DNA of 64,000 bases from an uncultured Spirochaetales bacterium (GTDB lineage Bacteria > Myxococcota_A > UBA9160 > PR03), in assembly GCA_964353555.1 (NCBI GenBank), contig CAYGWM010000004.1, positions 330 through 64,329 of the forward strand, given 5' to 3'. The position numbers and the translations under genes were made by a program. The notes below the pieces were generated by a model that did no database searches, was not told where the DNA came from, and was given only the letters and a program-made list of their open reading frames with translations. Below are positions 32,617-43,225 of this stretch, piece by piece. The stretch's first letter is position 1. Each line of letters starts with the position of its first letter.

Positions 32617-32663
32617 GGGCGGAATCTTCGGGGCGGGGCGGCGGGGCGCGAGAGTCTCGGTTA

Positions 32664-32681
32664 GTTTTCGCCTCGTTTTCG
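32664..32681 (+). promoter_or_regulatory. direct repeat GTTTTCG-cctc-GTTTTCG just upstream of lexA (possible SOS-box-like operator)
   Basis: An exact 7-nt direct repeat with an 11-bp period ends 22 nt before the lexA ATG. The period matches the direct-repeat SOS boxes (GTTC-N7-GTTC) described for some lineages. The assignment is speculative. Confidence 0.25.
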
Positions 32682-32702
32682 ACCCGGACACACGGCAGGC
32701 TC

Positions 32703-33308
32703 ATGGCTCTCACGAGACGACAGCGCGAGATCTACGACTTCGTCTGCGCGTTCATCGCCGAGCACGGCTACTCGCCGAGTCTCGAAGAGATCGGCGCGCA
32801 ATTCGAGCTGGCGTCGGTTGCGACGGTGCACAAGCACGTCGCGCAGCTCGTCGCGAAGGGCTGGCTGCGCAAGGCGTGGAACCGCTCGCGCTCGCTCGAG
32901 CCGGTCGGCAGCGATGCGGGTGGCGAGGCGCTCGCCCTTCCACTGCTCGGAGTCGTCGCGGCGGGCGCGCCGATCGAGCCGATCGAGATCGAAGAGCAGA
33001 TTGCGGTGCCGCGCGAGCTGGTGCGGCGTGCAGAAGCGAGCTTCGTCTTGCGCGTGCGAGGCGATTCGATGATCGATGAGCAGATTCGCGACGGCGATTA
33101 CGTGGTCGTCGAGCGCACCAGCAGCGCGCGCGACGGCGATACCGTCGTCGCGGTGCTGCGTGGCGAAGAAGCGACGCTGAAGAAGTGGCACCGCCGAGGC
33201 GCGATCGTTCGACTCGTGCCCGCGAACGCGCGCATGAAGCCGATCGAGGTGGCCGCCCGCGACGTCGAGGTGCGCGGCGTCGTTCGCGGGCTGCTGCGCC
33301 GCTATTGA
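32703..33308 (+). CDS. lexA: SOS repressor LexA
   Basis: MALTRRQREIYDFVCAFIAEHGYSPSLEEIG...VATVHKHVAQLVAKGWL, then the S24 peptidase domain LRVRGDSMID...GDTVVAVLRGEEATLKKW with the Ser/Lys dyad context. Confidence 0.92.
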   Translation: MALTRRQREIYDFVCAFIAEHGYSPSLEEIGAQFELASVATVHKHVAQLVAKGWLRKAWNRSRSLEPVGSDAGGEALALPLLGVVAAGAPIEPIEIEEQIAVPRELVRRAEASFVLRVRGDSMIDEQIRDGDYVVVERTSSARDGDTVVAVLRGEEATLKKWHRRGAIVRLVPANARMKPIEVAARDVEVRGVVRGLLRRY

Positions 33309-33354
33309 CTGGCGCTGGCATCGCGATCGATCGCCGCTAGCCTCCTCGAACTCA

Positions 33355-33783
33355 ATGTTTTCGGGGACTTGCACGGTGGTCAGACTGACCCGAGCGGTCG
33401 ATTTCTCAGCCTCGCTCCGCTACTGGCGGCCGGATCTCTCGGACCCCGAGAACCGCGCGCTCTTTGGCCGTTTCGCGTCGCAACACGGTCACAACTACCG
33501 GCTCGAGGTCACCGTGCAGGGCGAGCCCGATGTTTCGACCGGCATGGTCATGGACCTCAAGGACTTGAAGGCCGTGATCGAACGCGAGGTCTCCGCGCGC
33601 TTCGATCACCGCGACTTGAACGCCGACACGAGTTTCTTCGAAAAGATTCCGCCCACTCCGGAGCGCTTCGCGCAGGTGATCCACGAGTTGCTGCGAGACG
33701 CACTCGGCAATCGCCTGTACGGCGTGCGGTTGCGCCAGGACGAGGATCTGTGGGTGGACGTCGTCGGCGACGACGCGACGTGA
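33355..33783 (+). CDS. 6-pyruvoyl-tetrahydropterin synthase (PTPS/QueD) family protein, degenerate paralog
   Basis: PTPS fold: FGRFASQHGHNYRLEVTVQGEPDVSTGMVMDLKDLK...FDHRDLN. The first zinc His is replaced (FSASLRYW instead of FSAAHRL), and the catalytic Cys of the GKC..HGH block is replaced by Phe. Confidence 0.75.
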   Translation: MFSGTCTVVRLTRAVDFSASLRYWRPDLSDPENRALFGRFASQHGHNYRLEVTVQGEPDVSTGMVMDLKDLKAVIEREVSARFDHRDLNADTSFFEKIPPTPERFAQVIHELLRDALGNRLYGVRLRQDEDLWVDVVGDDAT

Positions 33784-34199
33784 TTTCCGTCACGCGCCGC
33801 TACCGCTTTCCGGCCGCCCACGTCCTCCGCAGCGCCGGCTTCTCGGATGCCGAGAATGAGCGGGTCTACGGCAAGTGCGCCAACCCGGCTGGTCACGGTC
33901 ACGACTACGGGCTCGAGGTGACGCTCAGCGGCCCCATTGACGCCCGGAGCGGCGCGATCTTTCCGACCGAGCGGCTCGACGCACTCGTGCGTGAGCGCGT
34001 GCTGGACCGGCTCTCGCACCAGCTCTTGAACGACGACGCATGGTTCCGGGTCGCCGTGCCCACGGCCGAGAACATCGTCATCGCGATCGAGCGTGAGCTG
34101 CGACTGGCGGTCGCCGCGGAGTCGCGCGCGCGTGTGTTGCGGGTGCGTCTGCTCGAGACGCGGCGGAACTTCTTTGCGTGTGGGGAGGCGGAAGCATGA
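33780..34199 (+). CDS. 6-pyruvoyl-tetrahydropterin synthase, catalytic-type paralog
   Basis: GTG overlaps the upstream stop (GTGA). [11 protein letters not shown]...[25 protein letters not shown] matches the eukaryote-type PTPS block FGKCNNPNGHGHNYKV. The Cys and all three His residues are present. Confidence 0.8.
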   Translation: MISVTRRYRFPAAHVLRSAGFSDAENERVYGKCANPAGHGHDYGLEVTLSGPIDARSGAIFPTERLDALVRERVLDRLSHQLLNDDAWFRVAVPTAENIVIAIERELRLAVAAESRARVLRVRLLETRRNFFACGEAEA

Positions 34200-34795
34200 A
34201 CGACGACGACGACGACGACGCGGGCACGGATCCGATCGAAGGGCTGATCGTCCAGCTGCTCGGCGAACTCGGTCAGGATCCCGCGCGAGAAGGCCTGCTG
34301 CGTACGCCGGCGCGCGTCGCGCGATCGCTGCGCTTTCTGACCGAAGGCTACGCCCGTGACCCGATTGCGATCCTGAACAACGCCGTCTTCGAAGAGAGCT
34401 ACGACGAGATGGTGTTGGTGAAGGACATCGAGTTCTACAGCCTATGCGAACACCACCTGCTGCCGTTCTTTGGTCGGATGCATGTCGCGTACATCCCCGA
34501 CGGTCGCATCGTCGGACTCTCCAAACTCCCGCGCATGGTCGGCATGTTTGCTCGCCGGCTCCAGGTGCAGGAGCGCCTCACGACGGATGTCGCGGGCGCC
34601 CTCGAGACGGTCTTGCGTCCCAAGGGCGTGGCCGTCGTCGCCGAGTCGATCCATCTCTGCATGATGATGCGCGGAGTGCAGCAGCAGAACGCCTTTGCGA
34701 TCACCAGCTCGCTGCGCGGCGAGTTCGCAGACGACCCGAAGACGCGGGCAGAGTTCATGGAACTGATTCGGCACCCGAAGCCGCCGTTCGCCTGA
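34196..34795 (+). CDS. folE: GTP cyclohydrolase I (FolE type 1)
   Basis: ATG 34196 overlaps the upstream stop (ATGA). [19 protein letters not shown]...[22 protein letters not shown]...VGLSKLPR...HLCMMMRGV. Confidence 0.93.
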   Translation: MNDDDDDDAGTDPIEGLIVQLLGELGQDPAREGLLRTPARVARSLRFLTEGYARDPIAILNNAVFEESYDEMVLVKDIEFYSLCEHHLLPFFGRMHVAYIPDGRIVGLSKLPRMVGMFARRLQVQERLTTDVAGALETVLRPKGVAVVAESIHLCMMMRGVQQQNAFAITSSLRGEFADDPKTRAEFMELIRHPKPPFA

Positions 34796-34934
34796 ACGTG
34801 TCTGACGCGCTGCTCACGCTGCAGCGGTCGCGCCGCACCGCTTCCAACCAGCTCGCTGCGCCGGCCAGCTCGGATCCCGCAAGTACCTAACAGTAAAGAG
34901 GATTCGTGCTCTGACGCAGAGCGTAAATTTTTCG

Positions 34935-34962
34935 TTGCATTTCATCGATATCGAGCTAGCAT
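34935..34962 (+). promoter_or_regulatory. candidate promoter in the AT-rich leader of the sigma-factor gene (TTGCAT-16 nt-TAGCAT)
   Basis: -35-like TTGCAT at 34935-34940 and -10-like TAGCAT at 34957-34962, preceded by an A/T-rich tract (gtaaattttt). It would give a 5' UTR of roughly 320 nt. This is a weak call. Confidence 0.25.
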
Positions 34963-35288
34963 CGGATTCGGATCGCGGTTGGTGGCGCCGTTCAGCATGT
35001 GATGATGGGGTAGGCGGCCACCAAGTATTAGTCGTCAAAGCAAGAATTGGATTGCTGCGGTGCGTCGTGCTGGCGACAGGTCAGAGCGACAGCCGGTCGG
35101 TAGTTGTTTTGCGTTGACGGCGAGGGATGCGTAAGCGGACTGCACTTCCAAAGGTGCCGGGAAAGCCCCGGACCCAACCCGGTTGCACCGGATGGAAGGC
35201 AGTACCGCGGATCGAGCGTCCGCTTCAAAGCTTCGAGAACTCGGATCAAGCGAAAAGCCGATCGATGGTCATTCGGAGGGGAAACACG

Positions 35289-36848
35289 ATGACGGTACAG
35301 CGAGTCGTCCGCAAGGGACTGGGCGGCGCAATCAAACAGAGGAGCGAGTCGGGCGGGCGGCGAGACGGTCTGGGGGCTGGAAGCGACTTCCAGGCGCTCT
35401 GCACGGTCGACGCCCTTGTGGCCCACGCGGCACGCCTCGCGAGCGCACGCCAGAGCGACGACGTTCGCGATCGCGAGCGCAGCGCGCTCGTTTCATATTT
35501 CCGCGACATCGCGGCGATCCCGACGCTCACCAAGGACCACGAGGTGCTGCTCGCCAAGGAGATCGAGGCGAGCACGCGCGCGTTCCGAGAGGGCATGCGC
35601 AGCATCCCGCTCACGGCGCGCGAGGTCGTGGGGATCTGGCGAGAGCTCAAGTCCGAGGAGCGCGTGACGGGCAAGATGTCGGAGTCGTTCGGTTCGGGCT
35701 CGCCCGATGGCGAGGACCTGACCGCGCGCGTCGACGAGGCGCTCTCCAAGGTCGAGGCGCTGCTGCGCCAGCGCGATGACCTCGTGTCCGGCGCCAAGCG
35801 CATCGCCGCGAAGGACCGCGCCAAGACGATGGAAAGACTCGACCGAAAGCTCGGTCAGCGTCTCGAAGAGGCCGACCTTTCGATGCAGATTCTCGGCCGG
35901 ATTCGAGGTCGCTTGCTGGAAGTCCGTCGCGAGGCGCAGCGCGCGCAGCGTGATGTGCGCCAGTCCGAATCGCGACGCAGCACGCGCAGCCGAACCGTGG
36001 ACCCGAACGCCGCGCTGCAGCGCGTCGCCGCGCTCGAAACGAAGACGGGCATCGATCTCGAGACGTTCCTGCGTCGCATGGCGCAGATCGAGGATTCCTG
36101 GCACCGGCTGATGGAAGTGAAGAACACCTTCGTTCAGCACAACCTGAAGCTGGTCGTCGCGATCGCGAAGGACTTCCGGAACATGGGCATCACCTTCCAG
36201 GATTTGATCCAGGAAGGGAACCTGGGCCTGATTCGCGCGGTCGAGAAGTTCGACTACCACCGCGGTCACAAGTTCTCGACGTACGCGGTGTGGTGGATCC
36301 GCCAGGCATTCATCCGCGCGATCCAGAACCACTCGCGGACGATTCGGATCCCGAGTCACGTGCACGACACGCTGCTCAAGTACCACCGCGCCTACGCGGA
36401 ACTCGAGACGCGGCTCGGCCGCGACCCGACGCCGGTGGATCTCGCGCTGGCACTGAAGGTGCCGACCGAGCAGGTCGAGCAGCTCCAGCGCATGACGCGC
36501 GAGCCGGTGAGCCTCGAAGCCGAGGTGCGCGGTACGGACACCAAACAGGTCAAGGACTACGTGAAGGATCCGGACGCAGTGTCGCCGGTGGACGGCCTCG
36601 ATCACGCACGGCTCGAACGCGAGACGCAAGACGGCATCTCGCTGCTTTCCGCGCGCGAGCAGAACATCCTGCGCTGGCGATTCGGCATGAGTGGTGAGAA
36701 GGAGCACACGCTGGAGGAGATCGGCGCGAAGCTCGGTCTCTCGCGCGAGCGGGTGCGGCAGCTCGAGGCTCGCGCACTCGCGAAGCTGCGCGCTTCCGAG
36801 CACGGCGATCGACTGCGCGCGTTCGTGCTCGCCTCCGAGCGCTCGTAG
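35289..36848 (+). CDS. sigma-70 family factor, RpoD-like (group 1/2)
   Basis: ATG 35289 has GGAGGGG 7 nt upstream; the track start at 35127 lies in the non-coding-looking leader. Region 1.2 is [27 protein letters not shown]. Region 2 is [56 protein letters not shown]. Region 4.2 is [29 protein letters not shown]. Confidence 0.9.
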   Translation: MTVQRVVRKGLGGAIKQRSESGGRRDGLGAGSDFQALCTVDALVAHAARLASARQSDDVRDRERSALVSYFRDIAAIPTLTKDHEVLLAKEIEASTRAFREGMRSIPLTAREVVGIWRELKSEERVTGKMSESFGSGSPDGEDLTARVDEALSKVEALLRQRDDLVSGAKRIAAKDRAKTMERLDRKLGQRLEEADLSMQILGRIRGRLLEVRREAQRAQRDVRQSESRRSTRSRTVDPNAALQRVAALETKTGIDLETFLRRMAQIEDSWHRLMEVKNTFVQHNLKLVVAIAKDFRNMGITFQDLIQEGNLGLIRAVEKFDYHRGHKFSTYAVWWIRQAFIRAIQNHSRTIRIPSHVHDTLLKYHRAYAELETRLGRDPTPVDLALALKVPTEQVEQLQRMTREPVSLEAEVRGTDTKQVKDYVKDPDAVSPVDGLDHARLERETQDGISLLSAREQNILRWRFGMSGEKEHTLEEIGAKLGLSRERVRQLEARALAKLRASEHGDRLRAFVLASERS

Positions 36849-36854
36849 TGTGAT

Positions 36855-36900
36855 GCGGTGCGCGGGATCGGGCGCGCAAGCGCCTGATCCCGCGCACCGC
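36855..36900. terminator. long perfect hairpin between convergent sigma-factor and ppiD-like genes (probable bidirectional terminator)
   Basis: 15-bp stem GCGGTGCGCGGGATC (36855-36869) pairs with GATCCCGCGCACCGC (36886-36900). An inner GGCGC-gcaa-GCGCC stem lies in the loop. There is no long U-tract. Confidence 0.6.
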
Positions 36901-36905
36901 TCTCG

Positions 36906-38432
36906 CTACGACGCCGGCGTCAGCGCGGAAAGATCGACCACCAGGTCGCCGTCGCGCGTGAGACGGGCACGGGCCTCGCGGAGCCACTCGCTGCGCAGCT
37001 CGCCCCGGCGCGCCTCGACGAGTTTGGGCCGCTCCGTCGCAACTTCGCGCGCGATGTCGTCGTCGCTCGGACCGCGGCGTTCGAGCACTTGCACCATCAC
37101 CAGGTTGGTGCCCACTTCGAACACGCGATCGAGACTCGTCTTGTCGGTGTTTGCTGCAAAGACTGCCGTCACCACCTGCGGTGCCGCGCCAAGCCCGGGC
37201 AAGTAGCCATCGCTGCGGCGACGCAGCCATTCACTGGTTTTCGTCGGGACCTTCGCTTCGCGTGCAGCTTCTTCCAGCGATTTGCCCGATCGCAGCGCGG
37301 CGACCAGGCGGTCGCTCGTCTCCCGCGCGAGCGCCCGCGCCCGATCCGCACCCGCCAATTCCTCCGCGATCTCATGGGCGGCTTCGTCGAAGCTGCGGTC
37401 CTTGGCGGCTTCGTGAGCCTCGGTACGAATCACGTGGAAGCCGAAGTCGGTGCGCACGACTTCGCTCGTCTCGCCGTCCTTCTGCTTGAACGCAACGTCT
37501 TCGAAGGCCGGTACCATCTGCTGGCGCGGGAAGAGTCCGAGGTCGCCGCCGCGGTCCTTGGAGCCCGGATCCTCGGAAACCTCGGCAGCGACCTTCGCGA
37601 AGTCCTCTCCTGCCTTGATGCGGGCGGACGCCACGTCGATGCGCTTTTTCGCTTCTTCGACCTTGTCCGCCGCAGCATCCTTCTCGACCCGCACCAGCAC
37701 ATGCCGCGCGCGCACGCGCTCGGGTAGGTGATAGCGGTCGGTGTGCTCGTCGTAGTATCGGCGCACGCGCTCGTTCTGCTCGCGCAGCAGCTTCTCCACG
37801 GCGTCGTTGTCTGCCTCGACTCCCGGCGGCGGCTTCTGCTGGTCCAGCGCGACCGTCGCGATCCGCACCTCCTCGAGTCGGTTGCGGACCGCATCGCGAG
37901 CCTCGGAATCCGAGACGGCGGCGCTGGCGTCGATCAGGTCGAGCAGCTTCGAGAAGAGGATGTCGTCGCGAACCTCCTGCACGAAGCGGCCCTCGCTCCC
38001 GAAGCGGCGCACCGCGTAGTCGCGCACAGCCTTGCCGTCGAAGTCGCCGTCCTGGCCTCCAAAGGCGCGACGGACGAGCAGCTTCACCTCTTCGTCACTG
38101 GCCTGCAGGCCCAGCCGTTCGGCCTCGTTCGCCAGCACGGCCCGCTGGATCAGCTGATCGGCTGAGATCTGGTCGAGGTATTGGCTCGCGGCCTTCGCAT
38201 CGAAGGACTGACCGAGGCTCTCGCGCAGATTGCGCTCCTGGTCGTCGCGCACCCGCTGGAGGTCGGCGACCGAGTAGCGCCGCGACCCGAGCTGGACGAT
38301 CGAGCCCCTCTCCTCGGGGCTGCTCAGCTTGCCCGGTCCGCCGAGTCCGAGATAGGCGACGAACACGCCAGCGATCGCGAATATCACGCCACCGATGAAG
38401 TATCGGTGACTGCGTCGCAACAGCGCGAGCAT
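36906..38432 (-). CDS. periplasmic chaperone/peptidyl-prolyl isomerase, PpiD/SurA-like (N-terminal TM anchor plus parvulin domain)
   Basis: Internal ATG 38432 has AAGGAG upstream. The anchor is MLALLRRSHRYFIGGVIFAIAGVFVAYLGL. The parvulin core is RARHVLV...FAKVAAEVSEDPGSKDRGGDLGLF...MVPAFEDVAF...TDFGFHVIR. Confidence 0.8.
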   Translation of the reverse strand: MLALLRRSHRYFIGGVIFAIAGVFVAYLGLGGPGKLSSPEERGSIVQLGSRRYSVADLQRVRDDQERNLRESLGQSFDAKAASQYLDQISADQLIQRAVLANEAERLGLQASDEEVKLLVRRAFGGQDGDFDGKAVRDYAVRRFGSEGRFVQEVRDDILFSKLLDLIDASAAVSDSEARDAVRNRLEEVRIATVALDQQKPPPGVEADNDAVEKLLREQNERVRRYYDEHTDRYHLPERVRARHVLVRVEKDAAADKVEEAKKRIDVASARIKAGEDFAKVAAEVSEDPGSKDRGGDLGLFPRQQMVPAFEDVAFKQKDGETSEVVRTDFGFHVIRTEAHEAAKDRSFDEAAHEIAEELAGADRARALARETSDRLVAALRSGKSLEEAAREAKVPTKTSEWLRRRSDGYLPGLGAAPQVVTAVFAANTDKTSLDRVFEVGTNLVMVQVLERRGPSDDDIAREVATERPKLVEARRGELRSEWLREARARLTRDGDLVVDLSALTPAS

Positions 38433-38546
38433 TCCAGCTCCTTCTACGTTTGAATCGACCGCGTCCGCCTGCGAGCCTGGTGCTCCGAGCCGAAGGGCTC
38501 GCGCGGGGCTTGTTTGCCCCGATGGCGGCAAGCCGGTGGAGCCTAA

Positions 38547-39761
<1,215 letters not shown>

Positions 39762-39819
39762 CGACGCGTCGCACCACGCGGATCGGGAACCAAATCGAGA
39801 CTGCGACCGGAGCTCCGTA

Positions 39820-40731
39820 ATGCGCGAGCTATTCGAGCGATTGCGCGTACCGCTCCTGCTCGCGCTACTGGCTACGCTCTCGCTGGTGGTGGTTGCGTCG
39901 GATCGCCGCGTGATGACGGGCGGAGCGCAGGAGCGCGGGTTCCTGCCCGGCGTGCTGATCGAGATCGCCGCGCCCGTGCAGAAGGTGCTCTCGCTGCCCG
40001 CCGAACTGACGCGCAGCGGTTGGGGTCGTTACGTCGCGTTGCAAGGCGTGCACAGCGAGAACGAGCGCCTGATGGCGCGCGTCGCGGCGCTGGAGGAAGA
40101 GAACCTCCAGTACCGCGAGGCGCTGGTCGAGAGCGGTCGTCTGCAGCGCATTGCCGAGATGCGCACCGATTTCGAGGCGCCGATGCGGCCGGCGCAGGTG
40201 GTCGGACAGGATGTCTCGCCTTGGTTCCGTTCGGTACTGGTCGACCGCGGCGGCTCCGACGGCGTGCGCTCGGGCATGCCGGTCGTCACCGAGACCGGCG
40301 TCGTCGGCCTCGTCACCGCCTCTTCGCCGCATGCGGGTCGCACGATGTTGCTACTCGACGCGCAGAGCGCCGTCGACGCGCTGGTGCAGCGGTCGCGTGC
40401 GCGCGGGATCGTCCGCGGCGACGGTACCGACCGCCTCAGCTTCGAGTTCTTCGTGCGCGGCGACGACGTGCAGGTGGGAGACATCGTCATCACCTCGGGC
40501 TTCGGCGGCGTCTACCCGAAAGGTCTACGGATCGGCGAGATCCTCGAGGTGCAATCCGATGGCGAGCGATTGCTGCAGCGCGCGCGGGTTCGACCAGCCG
40601 TCGACTTTGGTCGCCTCGAACAGGTGTTCGTGATGCTCTGGCGCGGACCCACGCTCGACCTGCTCTACGAAGGCGAGGGCGACACGCCGACGCAGGCCGA
40701 AGAGAAACCCACGGGAGCGCCCGGCTCGTGA
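39820..40731 (+). CDS. mreC: rod-shape-determining protein MreC
   Basis: N-terminal TM segment, coiled coil (ENERLMARVAALEEENLQYREAL), then GMPVVTETGVVGLVT...GDIVITSGFGGVYPKGLRIG. Confidence 0.9.
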   Translation: MRELFERLRVPLLLALLATLSLVVVASDRRVMTGGAQERGFLPGVLIEIAAPVQKVLSLPAELTRSGWGRYVALQGVHSENERLMARVAALEEENLQYREALVESGRLQRIAEMRTDFEAPMRPAQVVGQDVSPWFRSVLVDRGGSDGVRSGMPVVTETGVVGLVTASSPHAGRTMLLLDAQSAVDALVQRSRARGIVRGDGTDRLSFEFFVRGDDVQVGDIVITSGFGGVYPKGLRIGEILEVQSDGERLLQRARVRPAVDFGRLEQVFVMLWRGPTLDLLYEGEGDTPTQAEEKPTGAPGS

Positions 40732-41255
40732 GAGCGATCGCCACCGCGTGGCTGCTCACCGCGATGGGGCTGTGGCTCGCCGGCGCTGCTGCGCCGTGGC
40801 TCCCGCGCGGCGTGTTGCCGGATCCGGCGCTGCTGGCGGCGGTTGCGCTCGGCCTGCACATGCCCGGTCTGCGCGGGATCATCGCGGCGTGGGGAGTGGG
40901 TTGGCAGCAGGACTTTCTCTCCGGCGCGCCGCTCGGGCTCTTCGCGTTGCTGCAACTGCTCGCGTGGGCGGCGACCCGACTCGGCGAGCGCCAGCTCGCG
41001 CTCGCGCGCGCCGTCGCGCTGGTGCCGTTCACCGCGGTGCTGACAGTCGCGCAGGCGCTGCTCGTGATGGGGATCACCGGCGGACCGCGCTTCGACGACC
41101 CGCGCACGCTCCCAGTGCTCGTCATACACGCGTTCGTGAATGCGCTCGTGGTGCCCTTCGCGAGCCGAGTCTTCGGCGCTGCGGTAGGCCGCGTCGACGC
41201 GCCGGAACAGAGTCGCAGCGGGCTGCGCTTCGATGCGGGAGCGCCGCTGCGATGA
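40728..41255 (+). CDS. mreD: rod-shape-determining protein MreD
   Basis: GTG overlaps the mreC stop (GTGA). The product is a 175-aa polytopic hydrophobic protein, located between mreC and mrdA. Confidence 0.78.
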   Translation: MRAIATAWLLTAMGLWLAGAAAPWLPRGVLPDPALLAAVALGLHMPGLRGIIAAWGVGWQQDFLSGAPLGLFALLQLLAWAATRLGERQLALARAVALVPFTAVLTVAQALLVMGITGGPRFDDPRTLPVLVIHAFVNALVVPFASRVFGAAVGRVDAPEQSRSGLRFDAGAPLR

Positions 41256-43225
41256 GCACGCTCGGCAGCATGGGCTCTTGGAGCGACGACTATTTCGACC
41301 AGCGCCTGCGCGTGCTCGGCATCGTGATGGGGGGCTTCTTCGCGCTGTTTCTGGTGCGCCTGTTCCAGCTCCAGATCGTCGAGGGCGAGCAGCATCTCGA
41401 GCGCTCTCAGCGCAACTCGATCCGCACCGAGCGCATCGCGTCGCCGCGCGGCGAGATCGTCGATCGCGAAGGTCGCGTGCTCGCGTCGACGCGCCCGGCC
41501 TTCGAATTGGAAGTCGTTCCGAGCGAGGTGCGCGACAAGGAACGCACCGTTGCGCTGCTCGCGGCGTTGATGGACCAATCGAAAGAGAGCGTGCGCCAGA
41601 CAGTGAGCGCCGCGCGCGGGCGCGCGCGCTTCCAAGCCGTGCGACTCCAGGACGACCTGTCCTTCGAACAGCTCGCGCGCGTGGAATCGCATCGCTACGC
41701 GTTGCCCGGCGTGATCACCGAAGTGCACCCGCGGCGCGAGTATCCCTACGGGTCTCTCGCGGCGCACGTCGTGGGAACGATCGGCGAGGTACGCACGGAT
41801 CAGCTCGATGGGCGTCGCTTCACCGGCTACCGCTCCGGCGAGCAGGTGGGGCAATCGGGTGTCGAGTCGCTGCTCGAACGACACCTGCGCGGGCGCTTCG
41901 GCGGGCGGAACGTCGTGGTGGACGTGGCGGGCCGCACCGTCGAAGTGCTCGACGCCGTCGAGCCCCGCTCGGGCGGGCGCGCGGTACTCACGATCGACGT
42001 CGACTTGCAGTTGGCCGCGGAGAACGGACTGCGCGAGACCGCGGCGCCGGGGGATCCGGTCGCGGGCGCGGTCGTCGCGCTGGATCCGCGCAACGGAGAC
42101 GTACTCGCTCTTGCGTCGCTGCCGAACTTCGACCCGAACGAATTTCCGGGTGGCATCGAGGCCGCCAGCTGGCGCGCGCTGAAAGACGATCCGCTGAAGC
42201 CTCTGCAGGATCGCGCGGTCGCAGGCCAGTTCCCGCCGGGCTCCACTTACAAGCCGTTCATCGCGGCGATCGCGCTGCAGGAGAAGGTGCGCACGCCGAG
42301 TGCGGGAACCTTCTGTCCGGGCAGCTTCTGGTTCGGCAATCGCTCCTTCGGCTGCTGGAAGAAGACCGGACACGGCACCATGGACCTGCACCGGGCGATC
42401 GTGCAGTCGTGCGACGTCTATTTCTACCGCGCCGGTCTCGACATCGGTGTCGATCGCATGGCCGAATACATGAAGAGTTTTGGCTTCGGCTCAGCGACCG
42501 GAATCGGGCTCGAGAACGAGCGCGGAGGAATCCTGCCGAGCAGCGAATGGAAGCAGCGCCGTTTCAAGCAGCCGTGGATGGCGGGCGAGACGGTGTCGAT
42601 CTCGATCGGTCAGGGCTACGTGGTCGTGACCCCGCTGCAGCTCGCGGCCGCATTCGGCGCGCTCGGTACCGGTCAACTCGTGCGCCCGCGCCTCGTTCTC
42701 GAACGCCTTGCCCCCGACGGCACAGGCATTCCGGAACCGGTTCAGGTGCTGAACCAGCTGCCGATCGATGCGGAATATCTGGCGCTCGTGCGGAGTGCAC
42801 TGCGCGGTGTCGTCGTCGAAGGCGGTGGAACCGGCCGGCGCTCGCAGGTGCCGGGTCTCGATGTCGGTGGCAAGACGGGTACCGCGCAGGTGGTGAAACT
42901 CGAAAAGACGGCCGGCTTGCGCGAGAAAGCCATTCCGTGGAAGTACCGCGACCACGCCTGGTTCGGCGCGATCGCACCGGTCGACGCGCCCGAGATTGCG
43001 ATCGTGGTGCTCTGCGAACACTGCGGCCACGGCGGCTCGGCAGCCGCACCGATCGCGCAACGCGTGCTCGCGAAGTGGTGGGAGAAGCGAAACGCGGGGC
43101 CCCCGCCCGCATTGCAAGCCGCTGTCGTCGCCGACTCGGAAGCGGATCACGCAGCGCACGCGGAACATGACGATGCGGCGCCCGCAGATCACGAGACAGC
43201 CGGGGAACCCGATGGCGCGGATTGA
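41252..43225 (+). CDS. mrdA: penicillin-binding protein 2 (elongasome transpeptidase)
   Basis: ATG overlaps the mreD stop (ATGA). TM anchor, PRGEIVDREGRVLA, and the active site SxxK in PGSTYKPF, with KTGT in GGKTGTAQV. Confidence 0.93.
   Translation: MSTLGSMGSWSDDYFDQRLRVLGIVMGGFFALFLVRLFQLQIVEGEQHLERSQRNSIRTERIASPRGEIVDREGRVLASTRPAFELEVVPSEVRDKERTVALLAALMDQSKESVRQTVSAARGRARFQAVRLQDDLSFEQLARVESHRYALPGVITEVHPRREYPYGSLAAHVVGTIGEVRTDQLDGRRFTGYRSGEQVGQSGVESLLERHLRGRFGGRNVVVDVAGRTVEVLDAVEPRSGGRAVLTIDVDLQLAAENGLRETAAPGDPVAGAVVALDPRNGDVLALASLPNFDPNEFPGGIEAASWRALKDDPLKPLQDRAVAGQFPPGSTYKPFIAAIALQEKVRTPSAGTFCPGSFWFGNRSFGCWKKTGHGTMDLHRAIVQSCDVYFYRAGLDIGVDRMAEYMKSFGFGSATGIGLENERGGILPSSEWKQRRFKQPWMAGETVSISIGQGYVVVTPLQLAAAFGALGTGQLVRPRLVLERLAPDGTGIPEPVQVLNQLPIDAEYLALVRSALRGVVVEGGGTGRRSQVPGLDVGGKTGTAQVVKLEKTAGLREKAIPWKYRDHAWFGAIAPVDAPEIAIVVLCEHCGHGGSAAAPIAQRVLAKWWEKRNAGPPPALQAAVVADSEADHAAHAEHDDAAPADHETAGEPDGAD

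Noticed and set aside
33323-33334. The perfect 12-bp palindrome GCGATCGATCGC between lexA and the first PTPS gene, as a possible operator.
   Set aside because: CGATCG-type palindromes recur by chance many times in this GC-rich sequence. There is no second copy or supporting context, so it is not distinguishable from background.
34796-35288. Possible SRP RNA, 6S RNA or tRNA in the long spacer before the sigma-factor gene (fragments such as caggtcag and ccggatggaaggcag).
   Set aside because: The resemblance is limited to a few nucleotides. There is no SRP domain IV symmetric loop context, no tRNA cloverleaf or GTTCGAATC T-loop, and no 6S-like long imperfect duplex that I could fold by eye. The region is kept only as an unexplained leader.
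35127-35288. Upstream track starts for several genes: sigma factor 35127, mreB 38583, groEL 32354, groES 32691, lexA 32571, hrcA 8897, grpE 10234, gmhA 45526, hemA 48157 and PilZ protein 30541.
   Set aside because: In each case the conserved family N-terminus begins at an internal start with a Shine-Dalgarno or a stop/start overlap. The upstream extension is low-complexity or overlaps the preceding gene or terminator.
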